A DNA stretch of 11,602 nucleotides from Nanobdellota archaeon (GTDB lineage Archaea; Aenigmatarchaeota; Aenigmatarchaeia; QMZP01): the NCBI GenBank assembly GCA_043814765.1, contig JBDRJQ010000031.1, forward strand, positions 1-11,602, written 5' to 3'. Every line of letters starts with the position of its first letter. Position 1 is the first letter of the stretch. The notes under the pieces were generated by a model, which saw only the letters and a program-made list of their open reading frames with translations, ran no database searches and was not told where the DNA came from. Positions 6,988 to 11,602 of the stretch are shown piece after piece. The position numbers were made by a program, and so were the translations under genes.

Positions 6988-8191
6988 GCTTTTTGTTCTT
7001 TTTTTTTGGTGCTCCTTTCACGATTTTGATGCCCCTTTTCTTAAGATATTTGGATATCGTTTTTGTATCGTGCTTAGTAATTTCCGCCAACTTTCTTATG
7101 TTTCCGTGCTCTCTGTAGAGCATGACAAGCCTGTCAATCTCCGCATCAGAGTACCTAGGATACCCGGGATCTAGTATCGGCAGGCCTGCGTTTTTCCAAT
7201 ATTTTAAGAATGTAGTTCTACCGAATTTTTCATTTTCTGCTGCTTTTAGGGCATTTCCTTCATAGACTGAATGCAATGAAATAACATAATCAACGTCTTC
7301 ATCACATAGGGGTGTTTTATCCCAGTCGCATAATGTCTCGGGTATAGCCTCATCGATCTGGTCAAAATTATGCAGATGCCTATAAAGTGGATAATCAATG
7401 CGCTTAAGTTCTGTTCTAGTTAGAACCCTGTTTCTGAAATTGGACCTGAAGTAGTCCAAAGCTGTAGCACAGCTGCGAAACTCCTTTCTTCTTATCGTCT
7501 TTTTTTCCGCAACTCCATCAAGCTGCTTGTGTTGCCACAGCGCTCGATATAATGACTCATCCACCTTCATAAGTCTCGTTCTAGTGATTTCTCCCCCGCA
7601 GAGTTTCCTGTAAATTTTTTCATGCTCATTAAAATATGCAAGCGGATTGCCATTAAACCTTCTTCTGCCGAATTTTATGGCAAGGGGATTGCATTCAATG
7701 CTGATTATAGGCCTTCTGGGCATTAGTATTTCCCCGTTAACGCCATACAGTCTCTCCAATTCATCCAATGTTTCTTTTATATGTTCTATCGTATCTAAAA
7801 CAGCTTCAGGAAATATCTCTAATGGATTGCCTGGATTATCCTCATACATTGACAATAGCTGTGACAGAATTCCAGCATAACGATTATCAAGCTGGCCGTC
7901 CAGTATAACAGGAATCTCGGACACAGGCACAGCATTGCTTTCTTCTGAAAAAAGATGTTCCTGATATTCATGTTCAACGCTATTGGCACTCTCTATTCCC
8001 AGGGATTCTATTGTTTTGTAAAAACCTCTGGATTTTTCTATAAGGTCTGAAATATAGCCGTATAGAGTATCAAAATCGTGAATAAACCAGTAGTTTGCCC
8101 CTTCAATGGCTACTCTTTCTATTTTTTCTCTAAATCTCGGCTTAAGTTCGTATGTATCCAAAATGTACTTCACCATGTTCTCTGTGTCCAT
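6974..8191 (-). CDS. Hypothetical multi-HTH putative DNA-binding protein
   Basis: 405 aa with internal repeats (NPLAYF...ITRTRLMKVDESLYRAL...QLD / TALDYF...LTRTELKRIDYPLYRHL...QID). Two C-terminal HTH-like units (GNALKAAENEKFGRTTFLKYWKNAGL; GNIRKLAEITKHDTKTISKYLKKRGI). Confidence 0.75.
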   Translation of the reverse strand: MDTENMVKYILDTYELKPRFREKIERVAIEGANYWFIHDFDTLYGYISDLIEKSRGFYKTIESLGIESANSVEHEYQEHLFSEESNAVPVSEIPVILDGQLDNRYAGILSQLLSMYEDNPGNPLEIFPEAVLDTIEHIKETLDELERLYGVNGEILMPRRPIISIECNPLAIKFGRRRFNGNPLAYFNEHEKIYRKLCGGEITRTRLMKVDESLYRALWQHKQLDGVAEKKTIRRKEFRSCATALDYFRSNFRNRVLTRTELKRIDYPLYRHLHNFDQIDEAIPETLCDWDKTPLCDEDVDYVISLHSVYEGNALKAAENEKFGRTTFLKYWKNAGLPILDPGYPRYSDAEIDRLVMLYREHGNIRKLAEITKHDTKTISKYLKKRGIKIVKGAPKKKNKKLILP

Positions 8192-8267
8192 GTTTAAAAG
8201 TAGGAGGTTGTTTTTATAAGAATTTGCGGCATATAGCGCTTAAAAAACTTAGTTCTAAAAGATATCC

Positions 8268-8987
8268 ATGTATCTTGGAAGGGTTGTTTTTATTGGATTG
8301 ACTGATCAGGGCATACCATACTGTGCTTATGCCATATCTGGCCGTTCAGAAGCAAGCAAAGAAAGGATTCTTAAAGTAGATGGCAACACTGTAAAAACAA
8401 AACCGCTTGTAGAAGAACTCACGCCAGAACAGGAAGAGAAGAGGGATTTGCTTTTCTATGATGCCATAATAACAGATTCTGGACACAAAAGGGCAGTGGT
8501 ATCTAACGGTGAGCAAACAAGACATAGCTTTTATGCAGCCAATGATTTGATAGCGCCTGGTTCGCTGTCTGAAATTGTATATGGTTTTATGAAAGCAGGT
8601 GGGCCAGAGCCAGATGACTACAGAACCCCTAGAATAACCGGCATTTTGGATGTCTTGGATATTTTGCGTGATTATAAAAAACCTGATTCCGCGCTCGGTA
8701 TAGTAACAGAAAATGGTTTAACTGCCAGATTCATTGTCCCAGAAAGGGGTGAAGCCTGTTTTGTATCAACTTATGAAGGCGATTCTTTGGAAAAACATAA
8801 AATAGTAATACCAGATTTGGTTGTGCCTATAGATTCAATCGAAATCGGCGGTGCTAAATCCGCAGAAGATTTGGCCGAATGGACATATGACTGGCTAGAA
8901 CATGATTTCCGCGTGGGAACCGCAGCAGCAGTGTGGTTGCCTTATGAAAACAGATTCGATCTCGCTGTCAGAAATCTGCATGACTAA
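8268..8987 (+). CDS. purO: IMP cyclohydrolase, PurO/PF07826-like (Ntn-hydrolase fold)
   Basis: MYLGR N-terminus, AYxxSGRS, Y-D-A-I, AVVSNGxQT, EPDDYRTPRITG and VSTYE motifs are characteristic of the archaeal IMP cyclohydrolase family. Confidence 0.82.
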   Translation: MYLGRVVFIGLTDQGIPYCAYAISGRSEASKERILKVDGNTVKTKPLVEELTPEQEEKRDLLFYDAIITDSGHKRAVVSNGEQTRHSFYAANDLIAPGSLSEIVYGFMKAGGPEPDDYRTPRITGILDVLDILRDYKKPDSALGIVTENGLTARFIVPERGEACFVSTYEGDSLEKHKIVIPDLVVPIDSIEIGGAKSAEDLAEWTYDWLEHDFRVGTAAAVWLPYENRFDLAVRNLHD

Positions 8988-9427
8988 AGCTGCACGCTGT
9001 CCCCAACCTCTATCCCATTCGCCTCAACAAAACCAGCGTTGACTTCTATAACATATTTAGCAGGCTCTACTGAAGAGTATTTTGGGCATGGATCAGCTTT
9101 GCATGGCTGCACGTTTTCATGCATATTAACTATCTTGCCATCTTCTGAAAGGAATATCATATCTAGCGGTATTATTGTGTTTTTCATCCAGAACGAAACA
9201 GGCTCTTCGCTGTCGAAAATAAACAGCATTCCGCAGTCGCTGCATAGTTCTTTCCTGAACATCAGGCCCTGCTGCCTTTCGATTGGGGTATCAGCCAGCT
9301 CTGCTGTTATTTTGGTGCCATCGCTGAAAATAACAGTGCTTTCAGAAGGATTTACACCAAAAAACAGCGCGTAGGCTGTTAAGAAAACCATAATTGCTAT
9401 AACAATTAAATATATTTTTATGTTCAT
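8984..9427 (-). CDS. DUF192 (UPF0127/COG1430) family exported protein
   Basis: N-terminal TM helix, then ELADTPIERQQGLMFR, GMLFIF, FWMKNTIIPLDMIF and YVIEVNAG, the canonical DUF192 motifs. Confidence 0.95.
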   Translation of the reverse strand: MNIKIYLIVIAIMVFLTAYALFFGVNPSESTVIFSDGTKITAELADTPIERQQGLMFRKELCSDCGMLFIFDSEEPVSFWMKNTIIPLDMIFLSEDGKIVNMHENVQPCKADPCPKYSSVEPAKYVIEVNAGFVEANGIEVGDSVQL

Positions 9428-9431
9428 AATT

Positions 9432-9878
9432 TTACAACCTATGCAGATTATGTTTAACAGCAGAAGTTTTGTTCATTAATCCTGTTTGGCCATGTTTTCT
9501 GGCGCTTTCATTGGCTTCATCGCATAAAGCTTCCATGAATTCTATTTCCTCATTTGTTGGTTTTTTGCTCAGTTCAATAGGAACAAAAAAATGTTCATCT
9601 AATAATTCACGTTCACCGTTGCCCATATTAACATAATCAGAGCAAATCGCCCTTATTCCTCTTTGATTGTCACTGCCTTTATGCTGAAAACCAACAACCA
9701 TTAAATGGTTTTCTCTTTCGAAAAGATATGAAGCTATGTGTGCGCGGCAGTTTCCGCAGTATGGACATTCACCGTTCTCCAACACACACTTTCCGTTGGG
9801 TTGATAAACAGAACGAAATTCATCAGCTTCAGAAAGATATTTTTTGACCTTTAAAACCAAGCTTCCATTTTTTGCCAT
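9432..9878 (-). CDS. Hypothetical protein with Cys cluster (possible Zn-binding)
   Basis: 148-aa ATG ORF, CVLENGECPYCGNC motif, ends 4 nt before the DUF192 start (likely co-transcribed). Confidence 0.65.
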   Translation of the reverse strand: MAKNGSLVLKVKKYLSEADEFRSVYQPNGKCVLENGECPYCGNCRAHIASYLFERENHLMVVGFQHKGSDNQRGIRAICSDYVNMGNGERELLDEHFFVPIELSKKPTNEEIEFMEALCDEANESARKHGQTGLMNKTSAVKHNLHRL

Positions 9879-9986
9879 AGTTTATTTTTGTCGCAAACGA
9901 ATAAAAACATTGTTTTACACTCACTTTATCCACAAAACACTACCTAGCGAGCCTATTTACCTTACCAAACAGGTCTCACTTTCACT

Positions 9987-9998
9987 TTTAACTCTCAC
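9987..9998 (+). repeat. 12-bp direct repeat, left copy (TTTAACTCTCAC); right copy at 10931-10942
   Basis: Exact match read from the sequence. The right copy overlaps the stop codon of the 10932..11114 gene. Confidence 0.55.
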
Positions 9999-10012
9999 CA
10001 TATGGGTCAAAA
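9997..10012 (+). repeat. 16-bp inverted repeat, left copy (ACCATATGGGTCAAAA)
   Basis: The reverse complement of 10837-10852 is ACCCTATGGGTCAAAA: 15/16 identity, with a 12-bp perfect core. Confidence 0.65.
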
Positions 10013-10099
10013 TTCCTGGGATATATTTTTTCTACTACATTCTACAATATATATTATTTGTTAGTTGTTTCATATAATCTATATATAGTTAGATACTTT

Positions 10100-10132
10100 A
10101 TGTAACATATTACATGATATATATATATATAT
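10100..10132. repeat. AT-rich tract: ATGTAA-CATA-TTACAT dyad followed by (AT)8
   Basis: Dyad at 10100-10115; (AT)8 at 10117-10132. Confidence 0.7.
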
Positions 10133-10198
10133 TACACAGATATTCATTTGCTATATATTTTTCATCATAAGTGAGTATTAAAAACGGACATATGCACC

Positions 10199-10753
10199 TC
10201 ATTTTGTGCTTGAGAAGGCTTTGTCAACCCACTCTTTTGCCTTTTCAACCCCGGTTCTTGTATATATTGCAGTTGTTTCCAAACTCTCGTGACCAAGTAT
10301 GGTTTGTATCACATTTAGTGGAACACCACTGTTCTGTAAATGCGTAGCATAGGAGTGCCTCAATGTGTGTGGATGCACCTCATCATACTTCCTTATACCT
10401 GCTTTTTGAGCATAAATTTTTACGATACGCCTTATGTGCCTATCGCTTAGCTTGCCTTTAGATCTGCCGGAAAACAAGAACCCTTCTCTATCTTTAATGA
10501 AATTTTTCAGTTCTTCTATAAAGTCTCCAGGAATAGGCACATATCTATCTTTGTCTCTTTTACTCTGGACCACCTTAACTGTTCTGTTTATAATGTCTGT
10601 GTTATCTATGAGCATTTTTTGAGCTTCTGAATTTCTTAAACCTAAAAAATAAAGACATTTTAGAAGCATGTTATCCCTGGAGGAATCTTCAGATGCTTTG
10701 AACATTTCTGCGACCTCTAGGGGTGTAAGAAATCTAGGCAATTTCCTTATCAT
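10199..10753 (-). CDS. Tyrosine recombinase (Xer/integrase superfamily), catalytic domain only
   Basis: Complete catalytic set R40 (GLRNSE), K65, H129-x-x-R132 (HTLRHSYATH), H155 (LGH), Y164. It begins at the KLPRFLT linker that normally follows the core-binding domain. An in-frame TAA at 10775-10777 excludes an N-terminal extension. Confidence 0.93.
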   Translation of the reverse strand: MIRKLPRFLTPLEVAEMFKASEDSSRDNMLLKCLYFLGLRNSEAQKMLIDNTDIINRTVKVVQSKRDKDRYVPIPGDFIEELKNFIKDREGFLFSGRSKGKLSDRHIRRIVKIYAQKAGIRKYDEVHPHTLRHSYATHLQNSGVPLNVIQTILGHESLETTAIYTRTGVEKAKEWVDKAFSSTK

Positions 10754-10778
10754 ATCTATAATTGTCTTCAGATCTTAA

Positions 10779-10806
10779 ATGTCCGAGAATACGGATTGTC
10801 GGACAT
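10779..10806. other. dif-like tyrosine-recombinase core site, ATGTCCGAGAA-TACGGA-TTGTCGGACAT (11-6-11)
   Basis: Arms are reverse complements with one mismatch (ATGTCCGAGAA vs ATGTCCGACAA), with a 6-bp spacer and 28 bp total. It lies 25 bp upstream of the recombinase ATG. Confidence 0.75.
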
Positions 10807-10836
10807 TAATTTCAAAACCGCATTATACAGGCATCT

Positions 10837-10852
10837 TTTTGACCCATAGGGT
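10837..10852 (-). repeat. 16-bp inverted repeat, right copy (TTTTGACCCATAGGGT)
   Basis: Partner of 9997-10012; contains the internal dyad ACCC-ATA-GGGT. Confidence 0.65.
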
Positions 10853-10930
10853 AACCTATTAGAGCTCATTTAGTGGTAAAATTGAAGTTTTGGGGTCCAG
10901 ACCTTTTCTAAAGGATTGAAAATGTCCGAA

Positions 10931-10942
10931 TTTAACTCTCAC
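10931..10942 (+). repeat. 12-bp direct repeat, right copy (TTTAACTCTCAC), next to a dif-like half-site (10920-10929)
   Basis: Identical to 9987-9998. It is preceded by AAATGTCCGA, which is identical to 10777-10786. Confidence 0.55.
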
Positions 10943-11114
10943 TTTCTAGATCTTTTATATAATTTTCAAACCTTTCTTCATCAACAGGACAAATAGCAGA
11001 TTTGTTTACTATTCTATCCAATACAGAACAATAAACACCGTTCTCTGTGTGGCAAGCCATCTCCTGAGCTTTATCAGAATCAGATGCTTTGCATGAATAA
11101 CTGCAGAATCTCAT
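10932..11114 (-). CDS. Small Cys-rich protein (5 Cys; possible metal binding)
   Basis: 60 aa, CSYSC...CHTENGVYC...KSAIC. Starts 5 nt after the wHTH stop, suggesting an operon. Confidence 0.65.
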   Translation of the reverse strand: MRFCSYSCKASDSDKAQEMACHTENGVYCSVLDRIVNKSAICPVDEERFENYIKDLESES

Positions 11115-11119
11115 ATGGA

Positions 11120-11464
11120 TTATTTAGAACTAACGCTTTTATTCTTCTTAGCAGGAGATTTCTCCTTTTTTGAAGCATTCTCCTCTATCTGGACAAACTT
11201 TTTCTGCATTGCTTCTAGATTATGCGCAATATCCCATCCGTCATCAGTTAGCTTTACATGCTTTATTCGGCCCTTTTTATCGAATTCAACAAGGCCTAGC
11301 TTCAAAAACTGATTTAGTATTTTGGTTGTGTGAGAGTACGTACAGTTGGCTTCCTTTGATAGTGTTGTGGCGTACACAGAATCCTTTGTGGATTTTAGTC
11401 CCATTAATATCTTTGCAGGTTTTTCCCGTAAAAACAGGTCCTCTAGCACTCGATTTTCAATCAT
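11120..11464 (-). CDS. Archaeal MarR-like winged-helix DNA-binding protein
   Basis: LFLREKPAKIL...YATTLSKEANCTYSHTTKILNQFLKLGLVEFDKKGRIKHVKLTDDG is a wHTH. Start moved from 11479 to ATG 11464, which is preceded by a GAGGTG Shine-Dalgarno sequence. Confidence 0.85.
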   Translation of the reverse strand: MIENRVLEDLFLREKPAKILMGLKSTKDSVYATTLSKEANCTYSHTTKILNQFLKLGLVEFDKKGRIKHVKLTDDGWDIAHNLEAMQKKFVQIEENASKKEKSPAKKNKSVSSK

Positions 11465-11602
11465 ACACCTCAACTTCAATTTTTATAATAAATATATGGA
11501 TTAAAGAAATATAAATGTTCTTTACTATTTTTTATAGAGTTTGTAAAAGATATATAATTATATATATATTATCAAACAATCTTTATTATTATTTCATTAT
11601 AT

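Noticed and set aside
9926..9934. Perfect bacterial DnaA box TTATCCACA
   Set aside because: Single copy in archaeal-type DNA, with no box cluster and no dnaA; most likely chance.
9844..10077. 77-aa + strand ORF in the spacer next to the recombinase
   Set aside because: TTG start, overlaps the head of the 9432..9878 gene, has AT-driven composition and runs through the repeat elements; probably non-coding.
10199..10753. Assigning the symbol xerA/xerC/xerD, or calling an integron integrase
   Set aside because: It lacks the N-terminal domain of XerA/C/D and the IntI-specific insertion, and no attC-like cassettes were seen; orthology cannot be established by eye.
9997..10852. IS element or MITE defined by the 16-bp inverted repeats
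   Set aside because: The enclosed gene is a tyrosine recombinase, not a DDE or HUH transposase, and no target-site duplication abuts both repeats.

Overview
AT-rich, gene-dense archaeal DNA. The evidence is TATA-box promoters, GGTG(A) Shine-Dalgarno sites, an archaeal PurO-type IMP cyclohydrolase and archaeal winged-helix regulators. Gene content suggests a DPANN-type lineage (inference). From left to right: a decayed RHS-core remnant; a membrane-anchored tail-fibre-like adhesin; a hypothetical gene; a 731-aa Cys-patterned surface protein with six Ig-like modules; two small paralogous PRC-barrel-like proteins; a membrane-anchored ArsR-type regulator with a cluster of dyad sites upstream; two membrane proteins; a Cys-rich lipoprotein; a multi-HTH protein; purO; a DUF192 protein; a CxxC hypothetical protein; and a minus-strand cluster wHTH -> small Cys-rich protein -> 184-aa catalytic-domain-only tyrosine recombinase. 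The most notable unannotated structure surrounds the recombinase. A near-perfect 11-6-11 dif-like palindrome (10779-10806) sits on its putative promoter, with lone half-sites on both sides of the gene. A 15/16-bp inverted-repeat pair (9997-10012 / 10837-10852) and a 12-bp direct-repeat pair (9987-9998 / 10931-10942) bracket the unit. No rRNA, tRNA or CRISPR array was recognised.
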